From assembly GCA_951406725.2 (NCBI GenBank), contig OX597819.1, positions 56,668,001 to 56,732,000 on the forward strand: DNA of 64,000 nucleotides, in the 5' to 3' direction. Shown here piece by piece: positions 1 to 14,500 of this stretch. The position numbers were made by a program, and so were the translations under genes. The stretch is from Octopus vulgaris. Its lineage: Eukaryota. Under the pieces are notes generated by a model. The model saw only the letters and a list, made by a program, of their open reading frames with translations, was not told the origin of the DNA and ran no database searches. Each line of letters opens with the position of its first letter. Within the stretch, counting starts at the first letter, position 1.

Positions 1-33
1 ACAAGTACACACTATCATACACACATATACACA

Positions 34-70
<37 letters not shown>

Positions 71-83
71 ACAGATATATACA

Positions 84-220
84 TCGGGCTTGTACACACT
101 TTTCGAATGTCGGATCAACCCGGACCTATAGTAGACGATATTTGCCCAAGATGATATGTGGGACTGATCCTGGAACCATATGGTAGCATAGCAAGCTTCT
201 TAAGCATACAGTTGTGCTTA
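84..220 (-). mobile_element. Degenerate 5' part of tRNA-derived SINE family A
   Basis: Matches the family A segment 'ctatagtagaagacacttgcccaag...gtgggactgaacccggaaccatgt' seen in better copies (e.g. 38245-38647), with many substitutions. Confidence 0.55.
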
Positions 221-429
221 TAACTGTGAACCATGCCTACGCCTATAGCTATGCCTGTGACTTAAGAACAGAATGCAGAAACAGTGTCTGAATATAATGG
301 TATCAACTCCATTCAAACCCCTTATGCTTTACAGGAAGTAATTAAGGAAATTGTGCTCCTTTGAACGCAAGCAATTACACTATAATTGCTTTTTTGGGCA
401 AACTTTTTCGAAAAACGGTCTCAATCTCA

Positions 430-1290
430 AGCTTCCCGTATTGCTAAAATAAGCCAAGGTAATCTTTCATTAGGGCGTTCAATTCAGGAAACCCCGCTCA
501 CCGGAACTTGCCCCCATGACAGGATTGCAGTATCTATTTTTAACCCATGATGGAGAAGAGAAACTCTTGGCTCCTCGATTTAAAAATAGAAACCCATGAA
601 TATTTTTATTCCGATGAATATTTTGATACCAGTCTTTCCATAACCGTTTTGATCAATATTCGTTCCATCTTCGCTCTACAGCGAAGTAATTTAAGTTCTG
701 TAAATTCTATGTGAAGCATAGCTGGCTATAGAGTTATGATTTACCTACAGACCTTACGCGAGTTTTATATTCATTGGCGACCATGAGGAGCTTGTTATAC
801 ATACATTGAAGACAATCTTAAAGCTCTCGCTGTAAAGTTTAAATCTCGACTTCATAAAGAAAATTCTATAAATGTCGTGAAGACATGTTGATTTTGAAAT
901 GCCTGTTTGCTGATAGCTTGAAGCTAAACGCATATACTCCTATCTCATGTCATACTTGTCCTGAAAGTGTTTCTTACTGTCAGTAAAATAGGATCCTATG
1001 TACTTGTAGTAACTGACTTCCTTAAGATGTGAGTAAATAAGATGAAAGCTTTCATACGTATACATTGTTATGTCCTGAATCTTACTCCCATCTGGAGACT
1101 GATTTTGACTCCGTATTCTCAAGTCTTGTGCATCAACAATACAGGAGCAGTTACGGTAAGATCTTCCACGTTGTCAAAACTAGAGAGTTAAAGTATTTGC
1201 TGAAGTTTTCGCTAGTTTTAGTTGATGGTAACACTTTGCTGATCACTACTATCATACAGGACAGCAAGCAACATTATTTGATATATTTTG
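430..1290 (-). mobile_element. Highly degenerate LINE (RTE-like) RT and C-terminal remnant
   Basis: Minus-strand peptide LKEVSYYKYIGSYFTDS resembles the late RT motif (LE.V..FKYLGS), preceded by a YGVKIS-like motif. Many stops and frameshifts. Confidence 0.35.
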
Positions 1291-1552
1291 AAAGCTTCTA
1301 ACATTGATATTAACACATGTACATTGAATGACCCTAAGGGCCTACGAAAGCTAATGGTGGCAGGGCACGCATTGAACTAAATATTTAGCACTGAAACACA
1401 AATATAATATATTTTATTCGATTAACAGCTGATGAGGGAATTCCTGGAGAATTGTTACATTGTTAAATGTTTTTTCGCTTTCTTGCTAATGACTCTACCC
1501 ATGAGCAGAATTCTCATGTACTATATACAAATATGTATGTATATATGTAGGC

Positions 1553-1766
1553 ATGCATTATGTATGTATGTATGTATGTATGTATGTATGTATGTATGTA
1601 TGTATGTATGTATGTATGTATGAATGTATGTATGTATATATGTACGTACGTACTTATGTATTTATGTATGTATGCATGTATCTATCTACCTTCTATCTAT
1701 CTATACACACATACACACGCAATGCACATATATATATTCGTTTGTTTGTGTGTATATATGTATGCA

Positions 1767-1819
<53 letters not shown>

Positions 1820-1870
1820 TTGTATGCGTGTATGTGTGCCTGCGCGTGTCTGTGAAAGTATGTATGTACA
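1553..1870. repeat. Compound microsatellite (TATG)n/(TA)n/(TG)n
   Basis: Directly visible tandem units. Confidence 0.95.
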
Positions 1871-2399
1871 TATATATGTGTCTATGTATTTTCGTATATA
1901 TGAATGAATGTATCTATGTATATATTCGGAAACACATCTATAGAAGATCTCAAAAGAAGTATTGAGCCACATTAAGAACTAATGTTTAATAGTTACATCA
2001 CGATACTGTTTAAAAGATCTAATGATAAGGTGTTACTTGTATGTTTTCGTAACAGTTTTGCGATTTCAAATACTACATGATAGCAGTGACCAACCTTAAG
2101 ATATATTCTAGATTTATTTTCAGTGGGGTTGGGAGTATTTTTGTTTCAACACATGTGTTTAAGCTAATTATCGTCAGAGATTGAAAGTTGTAAAACTACA
2201 TAATAAATGGACGTGTATGTGTTCCACTCTGTAGGAAAGTACATTTAGTTAAAGGTAGTAGTGGGTAAGGTATTACTCTAGAGATAAATGGGAGTTATAG
2301 TCATATAAAAAAGAACATATTTGATATGATGCTGTTTAGCAAAATGCTTCTTTGGAACTGACCTTCGAGGTAGATTTGAATCCTAGATAGGTATTTCCT

Positions 2400-2845
2400 A
2401 TTTAAGCCACAAATTGATTGTTCGTTAAAGATATTGGTGCAGATGATATAAAACTTTTGGTATAAAATATCTCGTAAGCTTTGATCCGAAATCTGTACAT
2501 CGTAATGATAATCCGATATTTAGTTGGGTCTCAGATGTTTCCAAACTAAGATATTTCTTTTTATACTTTGATATTCACCAAACATTTCCAATCAATAACA
2601 CGACGATGTCAGCATATCAGGCAAGATATTAAACATTAGCTGATGTACATGGCTTTAGATGTTAGTGAATTGCAGTTGATACATATAAAAGAATTTGAAT
2701 TAGAAACAAGAAAACTGGAAATAAACGATAGCATGCTTAATAATTTCGGGAAAATGATAGAATCGGTTATTTTAAAAAGCAATAATTTAGGAACCGGAAG
2801 TCAAAGATTTCTATCATCAAAGACTTCCATCGCATCACATGCATG
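2400..2845 (+). mobile_element. Possible degenerate hAT (GTF2IRD2/SPIN-like) transposase C-terminal remnant
   Basis: Peptide fragments ALDVSELQLIHIK and EPEVKDFYHQRLPSH loosely resemble the 'LQ.ELI.LQ' and terminal 'PDI..L....Q.SH' motifs of this group. Weak. Confidence 0.25.
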
Positions 2846-5157
2846 GTGCAAGGAATGCAATTTAACGCTTGTATATATAATTTAGAGTTTAACCTTTCAA
2901 TACATATGTATAATATATAAATTATTAAATTTTATAACATAACTTTTTTAATATTTTTAATCTTGTAAAAGTAACTCATGGAAATTATAACAAAAGTGGG
3001 GGGAGGGTCATATATTTTACAATGCTACATCACAAAATATTATTCACAATGTAAAGAAACATTGCCTCTACATAGTTATATATACAGGCACATGCACAAT
3101 CTCCCCCCTCTCTCTCTCACACACATACACACACATGATGTGTGTGTATCTATGCGTGTCTGTGTTTGTTGTATAGGTGGGTGTATGCGTATATGCGTAT
3201 GTTAATGTGTGCATATAGAAAGAGATACAGAGACAATTTGCTCATACAAGTCAGGTTCGAACATTTTATTTTCCAAATAAACATAAGAGAAAACATAGAT
3301 GAAATTTTGGTCATATCGTGACGAACAATGAAATATCATGAGCATTAGCAAAATCTTTTCCTTTTAGTTAAACATTAATTTAATGACGAAGCAATTTCTG
3401 ATGTACGCCTCAAGACAAAGTGAAAATTTAAGAGTTCATATGCACTAGAGCTTGGGAGAACTGAAAAGTAGTTTCTATAAGTACATATAAATTGACTACA
3501 GTAGAGAAACTCTTTCACAAAATCTTGGTAGTTTCGCAATGTTAAGTAAAACAATACATTTCAGAATAGTCACCAGTGGATGCCGGATCTTAACTCCTGA
3601 TGATATGATAATAACCAAACGCTCTTAGAAAATCTGAACATTGTTATAAATAAATTCCATGCATTCCTTGAAAGGAAATGGATGGTCTTAGTGAATGCAA
3701 ATTATATAATTATTTCTGTCTGAACATGAAATATATATATTTCGGTATTCAATAGTTGAAATTGTACTGCTGAATATATTCTGTCCTTCATCATTTCTTT
3801 TAATATTGAAGACTTGAATTCAATATGTTCGTTTTCGGTAATTCATCACGTTTTATCATTCGGTACTTTCCTCATGCCTAAATCGAAATGGCTTCGTTTA
3901 TCGACATCTCTATATACTTAAACAAATTTCATTGCTCTTCATTAAATTTCCGATTCTTTATGGATTCTTCATGGAATATAAATTCGTGCTTCTTCATGAG
4001 ACTATCTTAACTTTCTTCTAGATTATTATGGAGATACGTGGGAAGATTTAAACCTTCCTTTCATACATTCCAATTTCATTTGCATTTAATTATTTCAACA
4101 AAACGAACAGCACTAGAAAGAAAAGTTAGTGATGTGTTTTATTCACAGTTAAGGCTATTTCTTTAGTGAGTGGTATGAACGTCACACCTTCTAATTTCAA
4201 ATCTAATAAATTCTAAGCCTTAGGTTATAATGAAAGTGTTGGTCAGTACTTTGTATGGACACTCGAGAACAATAAGATTGTTATTCGCTCAAGGAAGCCC
4301 CAGTGGGTCCGTGTTTGTATAGGTGCATATATTCTATTTGTTATAAATTGTGGTTTATTAGCCTTGCTGCGGCTCTGAAAGGCAGCCATTATATAGTGAT
4401 AAGTTATTGCTGAGATTTCCTCTCATAATTTTGATGACCAGTTAAAACCGATTTCTTAAATTCTGGAATGTTCTTAATAAATACATGACTGTTACAGTAT
4501 ACCACGTCTCATAAATACGATACCATAAGTGAATGAAAGAAACATATATTATGAAAACATAATGAAGATATACAGCAATCATCTACAACACAAGCTATTC
4601 AAAATGGCTATAATATGTTCCAACTGGCAAGCAAACTATAAGGGAAACTGATAAAATGTTGCCATTATATATTCAGTTTGACAACGAAACTAAGACACAT
4701 TTACAATTACCCTCGAACCAATGCTATTCTCATATGTTCAAATAATTTGCCAAACCACTTCAGTTTTACAGTTATTATATAAACAATAGCTACAATGTCT
4801 ATCAGGAAATGTGGTATTAAGACAGAATTCACTGGGGAACAAATATGTATTGAGAAAGAATCCATTAAGACTAAATTTCATTGAGACAGGATGGGATTAA
4901 TGTTTCCGTCAGGCATCTATGATTAGAATGGCGATATTGACTACGACCAAGATGATAAGTATGACAGCGATAATAATAATAATAATAACAACGATAATAA
5001 AGATAAAGTTGAAATAATTCGCAAGCCACTTTCTGTCATTTCCTCTATGTTTATCGTCGTCATCATCAAAATACAATGACTTCATGACATTGAACGGAGA
5101 GAGAATAAAAAATAACGCCCAACGAACTAGCTCTATAAGCATATATTAAGACATACA

Positions 5158-5159
<2 letters not shown>

Positions 5160-5213
<54 letters not shown>

Positions 5214-5281
5214 CATATATATATGCATATACATACACATACATATATATATACATACACACATATTATACATACATACAT

Positions 5282-5343
<62 letters not shown>

Positions 5344-5660
5344 ATGTGTTAATATATGCATGTATTAACAGATACACGCATATATATATATTTATGTATA
5401 TGTATATATGTGTATATATACATATATATTTATGTATATATATATAATGTACATATACATATATATACATATATATACATACATATATATATGTATACAT
5501 ACACACACACATATATATTTATATATATATATACATACATACACATACGTACGTACGTACGTACATACGTACAAACATGCATACATACACACATACATAC
5601 ATACATACATACATGCGCATGTGTTTATGTGTATACCTGCCAACGTATCTATGTATAGAT
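5160..5660. repeat. Compound (TA)n/(TACA)n microsatellite
   Basis: Directly visible. Confidence 0.95.
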
Positions 5661-7289
5661 AGCTTTATATGTAAGTATTTCTGCAGATGCAACTCACATC
5701 AATAAAACTGTGTCTCGTCAATTTTTATCAGACGTCGAATTGTGAATGAATATAAGCTTCATTTTGTCAGTGATTAACTTCGTGTATGTATATGCACATA
5801 TATTAAAATATCATGTAAATACAAATTGAGGCATACGCAAATTCAAATATACAGGCATACACAAGCGTGCGCTTAAACATACTTTGTCACACATGTCGTA
5901 TATTCATATACGACTGTGCACGTTTGTGTTATCATGTATGCTTGTATGTTACGTGTGCGTTCATATGTTACGTGTGCATATTCTTGTAAATTTTCATGTA
6001 TGTGAATATTATACCGATTGTTAAATAAATGAAGATTGTATACTTCCGTTATTTTAGTCTTGATAAATTTGACACAACACAGTTGTGTTCATGTGACTAA
6101 CATTTGGATTAATTTGTAGATTATCTCGCCCTTGTCTTCCTAGGTTCAAAGATGTAGAACTTAGAGGTTCATTTTGGTGTTACAACCACAAATTTTCGTT
6201 TTCAAAACTGATATAATTAAGATTGACGCACATCAATTACAAGACATGCGATACAACATATCCGCATCATTATCGAAGAATAGGAGCATCTTGATATTAG
6301 CCAATGTACCTATTTAATAAACTATAGAACATGTCCTGGGTTGGGAAAATAGTTCGATTGTAGGGTAAAATGATTGCGTTCTGATACTTAAATAGTATAT
6401 TCCTGGATGTGACTTTTAACTACATCCAGGTAGTAAGGCATTAGGTTTGGAGTTTCAGGATTTTGAGGAATGAAGAATCAATTTTTAGCCACAATTGTCC
6501 CCTCAGCTAATCTCACTCAGTGTAATAGTAACTGTCATCATCTCAGCTATTGGCTAATTAACATGTCACGGAATTGCCTTCGGATGTAGATCATTAACAG
6601 GCACATCTTTGGTCCCAGACAGGAAACCCTTCGGCATTTTAGCTGCTCATCTAAGAAAAGGTAAACCAATGCAACCACTGTTAAACACTGGACTCATGGC
6701 ACTTGTAGCACCAGAGTAATACAGGTATGAAGGACGAGAGAATGGGACTGGCTTTGCACAATACATACCTACTATAACAATAAAACCCGGGCGTCATTTC
6801 GGATAATTTATTGAGCTTTAAAAAGGACTAAAAGATTAACTCCGCTCAGACAATGTAGAGAAAGATACCCTAAGGAAGATATGTACGGTTATACTTAACT
6901 AAGATATATTATTCTCCGCAGCTTCATGGCTACTCCGAACGTATTCACTTGTCTCTCTTTAGCGGCGTACTCTTGAGTGGAGAAGTAGAAAGTGCACTTG
7001 GGGCTAGGTATTTGCTTCTGGAAAGAGCCCCATAAGAGAAGAGGAGGTAATGTTACTATATCTGCAATAACATCGACTAACGATGCAAAGGGCTACACAA
7101 AGAATATGAGATATACCTCCTCTTATGGTGCTCTTACAGTATTTGGAATGCAAAAATGCAAGGATCACTATCACGGACATCCCTAGCGATATCGATCCCT
7201 GGATGGTTCTAGTATTTGTAGTGCAGCAACAGAAAGGTTATAGGCACCGATGTTACTTTTGGTGATATATAGTCACGTGGGCTATAGGC

Positions 7290-7790
7290 ATGTTTGACTT
7301 TTGCTTTGCATTTGTACAAGTATGGCTCCAAGTTTCACCCAGAGACTTCAAGAGACAACAAGTTAGAAGTTCGTGCTGGTGTTATACCTAGTGTGCCATA
7401 TATTTGGCTTCGCACATAATATTGTTCTAGAGATTTCTTAAGAAACCATAAGAAACTAATGAGTTTGTTTTAAAAATTGAGATTACCCAGACAGTATTGT
7501 ACGTAGGATACGGGCAGTTCCCATGAGCACTATCTTTTGAATTTCTGCCATTTTGGAGTTTCCTGGTATTTGAGCTAGATAGCGATCAACCTCTTTTGCT
7601 ATCATTCCCAGGACACCTATGACAGCAGGTATTGATTTAGTCTTCAGGTTCTACGTTTTGCTAATTTCTATTTCAAAATCTTTATACTTGCTTAGTTTTT
7701 GGTATTTCTTAACAGATATGTTTATATCGATTGAGACAGTCATATCAACGAGGAGGCATGATTTTTTTGTCTGAAGTCAGACAAAAATTA
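7290..7790 (-). mobile_element. R4/Dong-type RLE LINE 3' end (endonuclease C-terminus plus 3' UTR)
   Basis: Minus translation KLSKYKDFEIEISK...IGVLGMIAK...IQKIVLMGTARILR. Nucleotide match, including the 3' UTR, to the plus-strand copy at 41557-41969. Confidence 0.85.
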
Positions 7791-8892
7791 TTGTTGTCAG
7801 TGCAGACGCACTGTTCCTCTGGAAGATTACTCTCTTAATTTTCACCTCTCCTAATATTTTATTCCCTGCTGTCAATTAAAAGTTGATTCCTTTATTTCCC
7901 GTTTCCTCTTCGGCACCCTCTCTATTCAGTAGGTAGCAGCCAACTTTTTTCCAAGTATCTGTACAGTTCATCGACCAAAGCATCTGGCATTAGTTTCCAC
8001 ATTGGTGGAAGACATGTTATTGGTCTGAAATTGGATGCAACATTCGTTTTTCAGGATTCTTGGCACATAATGTCTTTATTTTCGTCATCCAGTTGAGTAC
8101 TGCGCTTCCTGCAAACACTCAGCTAACGGTTGCACTATCCTCTCATGAAGCCCTCTCAGCTGCTTCGTCCAATAACCTTGGACTCCATCCAGTCCAGGGC
8201 TATTCCAATTTGGGAATTTTCTTCACTGCTTTTTAAATCATTTATGTAGTTATTTTTATGTCTTCTTGGCTTTCTATATTTCTTAACCTATCTCGGTTTT
8301 CATGTGGCAACTCCGCTTCATCATTATGCTCAACAGGCTGGTCCCAGATCCCTCTCTAGAATGCCCTACTTTCCTCTGCATCAAGTATCATTGTTATGTG
8401 TTATTGCCCATCTAGTTCCTGAAACAGTTTCTTCTGATTTGCTTCAAACAATCTATTTTGCCTGAACTGTCTTTTTCTGTTGTCATATCTTTCCAGTTTT
8501 GCTTTGATTACTACTACTCTTTGTTTCAATTCTCCCAATATCACATCATACACTTGATCTCTTATTCTATGTGTTCTTTCCAGTACTACTTTTATGCTTT
8601 CGTTCAGCAATTTCCCTCTTCTCGACCTATCAACTTGGCCTAAACATCTTTTCAGCTTTCTTTCTCACAAATTCGTCTATGCCAGGATCGTTCTTTACGT
8701 TCTGTTTCTTCTCTTCTTTTGTATCCAACTCTACCTGTAGCAACCATAGCTGCAGCCAAATAATCTTGTTAGTTTCAGTAACATTTTTCGTCTGGAATAG
8801 CATAAGGACAGAATCTATATTATCGGTTTCAACTTTGAGCTTACGTCGATCAATGTACCTCAAGTTGGCGGGTGTTTGATGCTGGTTTTCTC
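7790..8892 (-). mobile_element. R4/Dong-type LINE fragment (region upstream of and start of RT), degenerate
   Basis: Minus-strand motifs KQRVVVIKAKLERYDNRKRQFRQNRLFEANQKKLFQELDG, NWNSPGLDGVQGYWTK and SNFRPITCLPPMWKL. Ends at a (TTA)n tract. Confidence 0.85.
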
Positions 8893-8983
<91 letters not shown>

Positions 8984-8998
8984 CATCATTATTATCAT
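8893..8998. repeat. (TTA)n microsatellite
   Basis: About 30 perfect TTA units between two Dong-type fragments. Confidence 0.97.
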
Positions 8999-9039
8999 TT
9001 ATGGTTTCTTTTCATTATAACTTTATTTCAGCTACCTTA

Positions 9040-10260
9040 ATACTGGGCGTCCTCCGGAGGTTAAGAGTAGCAAAAGCACTTTTGTTTTGCTATGCATGCT
9101 AAAATTATCACCACATTTATTCCATTTTAGGTGGAAAGTGATTTCCGTAGTATATAGGCTGTACCCATCAAGGTTATCTTTTGTAGTTCATGGAGATTGG
9201 AGCTACCAGAGAGTTGCTTAATATACTTCTCAGCTCCCTTCTTTATCATTCCTAACATACCAATCACTGCTGGTATTACCGTAGTGCTAAGCGTTCACAT
9301 TTTTGTGATTTCAATTTGCAGATCTTTATAGTGAGGAAACCTTTCGTATTCTGTTCTTGAGACATTTTGTTCTCGTGGGACTGACCACTCATCCTCTCAT
9401 TTGTCGCTAACAGCAGTGTTGTCAATTCTGCACTTAATATAATTTATCCTTAACGCTTGTTCCTGAGCCGCGCATATGAGTGCTTGCCTCTAACTTCAGG
9501 TCTCTCCTCCTCATCCATAGCCACCGGTCCTCTGTATCTGTCTTGACGTTCACATTTCTTGCAAACGGACCGTACATTTTTCTTTCGAGCTTTTTCTTTT
9601 CTTTTTGTTCATGTTTAAATTTTTTTGGTTACACAATTTTCACTATTGATGACGCAGGCCTTTTTCTTGTGTTTCAACAGTGTCTTCACAGCATTTTTTA
9701 CATCCCACCCTAAGCTGTTCTCCTCTGCTTCGATACAGTCCTAGCAACTGATTAAACTACCTCTCCCACCCTTTCTACTGGACAAGTGCAGCCTATCGGA
9801 AGGATCCGTGTACTGTCAACATATTTCTGGTCTTGATATCCATTTTGTTCAGGTCTCTCTTTTGCCGTTTTCCAATTCCCGCTCCATACCGAAGTGATGC
9901 TATCGTCCACGAGTTCACGACTTGGATTTTATTCCATCCAGTCAATTTTGAGCGCAGCACCAATCTCAGTCTGGCTCCATCTTCAGTTGCTGTTTCATTT
10001 CCTTTTCCATTATCTCGCTGCACTGTAGTATACCAAGGGATTTGTATCCGTCCGTTTCAATTTGCTTAATCAAGTCTCTATTCAGTAATTCTGTCCATGC
10101 TAGGGACTGTACTTTGCCTCTTTTTAGGTAGATTACTCTGCACTCCTTGAGTGCACTCGTGTCTCATCTTTTCCAATTAGTTTCAAATCAATAAGGTGGT
10201 TGAATTTTAGGGATTTTTCCTTTAGTTGGTATCTCAAGTTAATTTTCCTGAGTACCAACG
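9040..10260 (-). mobile_element. R4/Dong-type LINE fragment (late RT to endonuclease, internally deleted)
   Basis: RLRLVLRSKLTGWNKIQVVNSWTIASLRYGAGI...DIKTRNMLTVHG and ALICAAQEQALR motifs. Frameshifted. Confidence 0.8.
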
Positions 10261-10748
10261 TCAAAGGTGTTATGCAAGGAACGAAAAGTAACGGAGATAG
10301 GCTGTCATTTAAATAATAAAAAATTATTCACGGAAGTGTAAAACCAATTTTGTTCTGAGGTTAATTGAATTGAAGGACGTTTGATTCTTTCTAATGCACT
10401 AACTTTTAATATGCTGTTGTAGTCGGGTGTTTTCGTTCATAAATTCGTTCTATAATTCGATCCCTAGTAATGTAGTTTATAAATTCAATCAGACACCTCA
10501 CCACCTTTGAAAATGTACAGCAATTTTCCATCGTAAGAATTCATTAATTTATATGAATTTCCAAGTTCATGAGATTGTATTTTATATAATTGGGAAGTTT
10601 AATTTCGTCAGATATTTGCAATTACACCATATAAGATGTAGCTTTATAAGCTCTTAATATTCGTTGCCTCACATTTCTATTTGTATGTGCTTGTAGAAAT
10701 ATAAATGTATACAGTATGTACGTTCGTATGATTACATAGATACACACA

Positions 10749-10796
<48 letters not shown>

Positions 10797-11639
10797 CATA
10801 TATACATAAATTTATATATATACACATACATATATTCATACATTCATATACTTGCATACATATATAAATATAAAGTCAAAGCTCCCGGCCTATTGATGTA
10901 ATATTAATTGCTTTCTACTGAATGTATTGTAATTACAATTCTCTCGGCAGAAAATGAAAATCACAGACACTTTGTAGTGAACTGATTTCCATTCTAAGAG
11001 CTTACTATCCAGGCATTGTAACTTTAAATGTTAGTTACGGTCAACTAGACGATTTAAAATGTATTCAGTAATAAAAGATAGTCTTGACATCACCACACTT
11101 CAATGGGGAATTGCTATATATTCGTTTAATCAAGTGAAGATATTTCGTGACAATACCGACATTAATATTTATAAAGAACGCTTCATATTTAGCTGTGGTT
11201 ATTTACTTACGAATTATTTTCAAGCGCACTGGTTTCTAGTAGAACTGTTCTTAAGATCTACATGAAAACCATTCAAATATATAATACATTTTTCTCTATT
11301 TTTTTTTTTGTAATCATATGCAAATATGAACGGCGTTAAATTTAATTGAGAACAAATAATATTTTCGCTGTAGTTTAACCCCATGTCAATCTTAAGGGAA
11401 CCGACTTATATCCGAAATGTTTTCCAATCATCTCCATACATCCTTATGGCAAACGTCTTATATCTAGAACTAGATTTCCAAGAAAATAAAGATTCATTTG
11501 ACGATGTTTTGGTGTCTATTTCTACCAATTTTAGTCATCATGCTAAGTTCAAGTTCCTTCTGTCTATAGTCTGCCTGTCTATCGTCTGCCTGTTCATAAT
11601 ACACTTTTAGTGTAGTATGTAACTTGCATTGCGTTATTC

Positions 11640-12090
11640 TGTTTGTCACACTTCTTTAAAGACAACGACTTTCGAAGAGGATTTGGTTAGTCTTTGTAGC
11701 AGTCATCCCCAAAGATGCTCAAGTCACCGACCTACCAGCGCGAGGCCTCCTCTGCCTCCCCATTACTTCTACAATAATGCCATCTTTTTCTCAAAGCTCT
11801 TGGGATCATACGACGCCGATCCTTATTTCCACTAATCTCTACACCCGATCTGAGAAAACAAAGCATCAGAATGCAGGATCTGGACCAGTCCTGCTTATCC
11901 TCACTTCAAAGATGTGAACAAAGTTACCTCCAGCATCGGGATCAAATTCGTGCAAGCATGAAGGCAGGCTGCCAAACCGCTGCTCCTCTAAATGAAAACC
12001 TTACCTGTCATTGTGGTTTTGTGGCACGGTGCCAAAAAAAACCTTGCTGTCCACTCAAGAAAATATGTAGTAAATGTTTCATAATGATTC
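11640..12090 (+). mobile_element. Degenerate RTE-clade LINE 3' end
   Basis: Peptide ...LTCHCGFVARC...C resembles the C-terminal zinc finger of BovB-like RTE ORFs, preceded by a helical R/K-rich stretch. Confidence 0.35.
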
Positions 12091-12489
12091 CAGCTAAGGC
12101 TCGCTTGAAATTTTCTCTCATTCCAAGCCAGCCTTGGCTGGCATCAGGTTTGGTTCGTCCACTGTGGTTAAATGTTGTTCTTATTTTGATTGAAATGTTA
12201 TATATCGTCTGAAGAAATCGGTTGTTTTAGTTATGATGCAATGTATTTATTAATCTATTTTTAAAAAAACTGTTGGAAACAGCTGTAAGGAAGTGACGCG
12301 TATCCATCGTTTGTTATTTATTTGTTCATAATACACCTCATTAGAAACATGAGTCGTCGGACATTCTGGAGTATATCAAATACCGTGCATCCACTAGAAC
12401 GTACACTCTTGGATTAGCTCTTAGGCTATTAAAATACCCATACGGATTAAATTCTCTGTATACTTACATACATACATACATACATACAT

Positions 12490-12534
<45 letters not shown>

Positions 12535-12540
<6 letters not shown>

Positions 12541-13030
12541 AAACTGAGAATGTGTGTCTGTCTGTCTGTCTGAATCTCCTAAAACTTGAAAACTACACAA
12601 CCAATTTCATTCAAATTTTACACATGCCTTACTTGGGGTCCGTGTAGTGTCATGGGCCAAAGAGATTTGTAACTTCTTGCCTAGCGCGAGCCCATGGCAA
12701 TATCATATCTTGTCCACTATTTCAGTATTACGTGTTAAAATTGAAACAAAAACATCTCTCTATTATAATGTCAGATGTTTTCATTTTAATAGCGAAACTA
12801 TTGAAGTCAAACTATTATATAACAGGGATGCATCATTAAGAGTGGACATCCATTTTGCTAGAAGAAGATCCGCTTACACTTCTAGCATAAAGGATGTCCA
12901 TCACTCTTATATGTATGTAATGTAATGTTTTCTGAAACTTCAGACTTTTCAATATGCTACACCACTGCTTTTAAATTGACATTAATCAAATTAATATTCA
13001 AATGTTCACCCTTAATATTTTAAATTAAGA
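12535..13030 (+). mobile_element. Possible non-autonomous Helitron-like element, 5' part
   Basis: Begins after (TA)n with 'aaaactgagaatgtgtgtctgtctgtctg...aaaactacacaaccaatttcattcaaatttt'. This layout (internal (CTGT)n, then an 'aaaactac..cc.atttc..aaattt' block) is typical of invertebrate HelitronN 5' ends. No 3' hairpin or CTAG end found. Confidence 0.4.
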
Positions 13031-13058
13031 TTTACATGTATACACACACACACACACG

Positions 13059-13094
<36 letters not shown>

Positions 13095-13272
13095 CATGTA
13101 TATATATGGATGTATATATACATGAATATGTATACATGTATTTCTATAGATATAGCTGTATATGTGTAGATGTATGTATACATATAGAGATGTACATGTA
13201 ATATGTACACATATATATATACATATATATATACATACATATATACACCCATACACAAATGCACACACATAC

Positions 13273-13900
13273 ATAGGTGCAGGTGTGTCTGTGTGCTAAC
13301 AAACTTTTTTCCAAAATGTATGGTCCTGGGTTCAGTCCCACTGTGTGGTGACTTGGCATGTGTCTTCTGCTATAGCCTCAAACCAACCAAAGCCTCTGTT
13401 AGTGAATTTTGTAGACAGAAACTGAAAGAAACCAATCGTATATATATGCATGTATATATGTAAGTCTATGTGTGTGTTTTTATGTTTCCCCCTTATCACT
13501 GCTTCACAACTGCTGTTCGTTTATTTAGAACTCCATGACTCACTGGTTTCACAAGAAGAAACTGATAGAATAAGTACCAGGCTTATCAAAATATAAAAAA
13601 CACTAGGCAGTGTCTTATATTTTTGTTTGCCCACTCAGTTGTATCTATCAATTTATATTTGTGTGTGTGTATACATACATACATACATATTTATATATAT
13701 ATGGATTTTTTAGACAGAAATTTAAAGAAATCAATCGTATATATATGTATGTATATAAGTAAGTGTATGTGTGTGACTTTGTTGCTGTGTTTCGCCCTCA
13801 TCACTGCTTCACAACTGCTGTTCGTTCATTAACATGCCCATAACTTACTGGTTTCACAAGAACCCTGTAATAGAATAACTAACAGGCTAATAGAATAAGC
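13273..13900 (+). mobile_element. Degenerate SINE family A with tandem partial duplication of its 3' half
   Basis: Head 'ataggtgcaggtgtgtctgtgtg...gggttcagtcccactg'. The segment 'gtagacagaaactgaaagaa...tcactgcttcacaactgctgttcgtt...tagaataagta' occurs twice (about 13405-13585 and 13705-13890). Confidence 0.7.
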
Positions 13901-14009
13901 CTATTCTATTCTATAAATTTTGAATTATGCGTGCACTGACGATTAAAGAGTGCACTTCTGCACTAATTATGAAATCATATGATTTGCAGCTGAATTCTGT
14001 TTTTAAGTG

Positions 14010-14011
14010 GC

Positions 14012-14042
<31 letters not shown>

Positions 14043-14112
14043 GTACATATATATATATATATATACATATATATACACATATATATATGTATTTATATGT
14101 ACATATATATAC

Positions 14113-14143
<31 letters not shown>

Positions 14144-14178
14144 TAAATATATAGATAGATAGGTAGATACATACATAC

Positions 14179-14245
<67 letters not shown>
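14010..14245. repeat. (TA)n and (GATA)n microsatellites
   Basis: Directly visible. Confidence 0.95.
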
Positions 14246-14246
<1 letters not shown>

Positions 14247-14354
14247 GACGTAGACACATCAACATCACTAGTCAAGTAGTGATAGGGGGCAATTGAGAGA
14301 GGAAGATACACATACCCCCATACACGCACACGCACGCCCCACACATATATGTAC

Positions 14355-14500
14355 AACAGGCTTCATTCAGTTTCTTTCAAGTAAAGCTACACGCAAAGCT
14401 TTAGGTACCTCGTGGGCATAGTAGAAGACGCTTTCCATAGGTGCCATACAGTGGGACTGAACCATAAACCACTTCTTACTGCACACTTCCGTCTGCACCT
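14355..14500 (-). mobile_element. Degenerate SINE family A, 5' part
   Basis: 'caggcttcattcagtttc...gtagaagacgc...gtgggactgaacc' matches family A. Confidence 0.55.

Noticed and set aside
3590-3630. ctgatga followed by ccaaacg
   Set aside because: GAAA is absent and there are no supporting helices.
6850-7190. Possible RTE 3' remnant (WKEPHKRRGG)
   Set aside because: Only a loose motif match, too degenerate to call.
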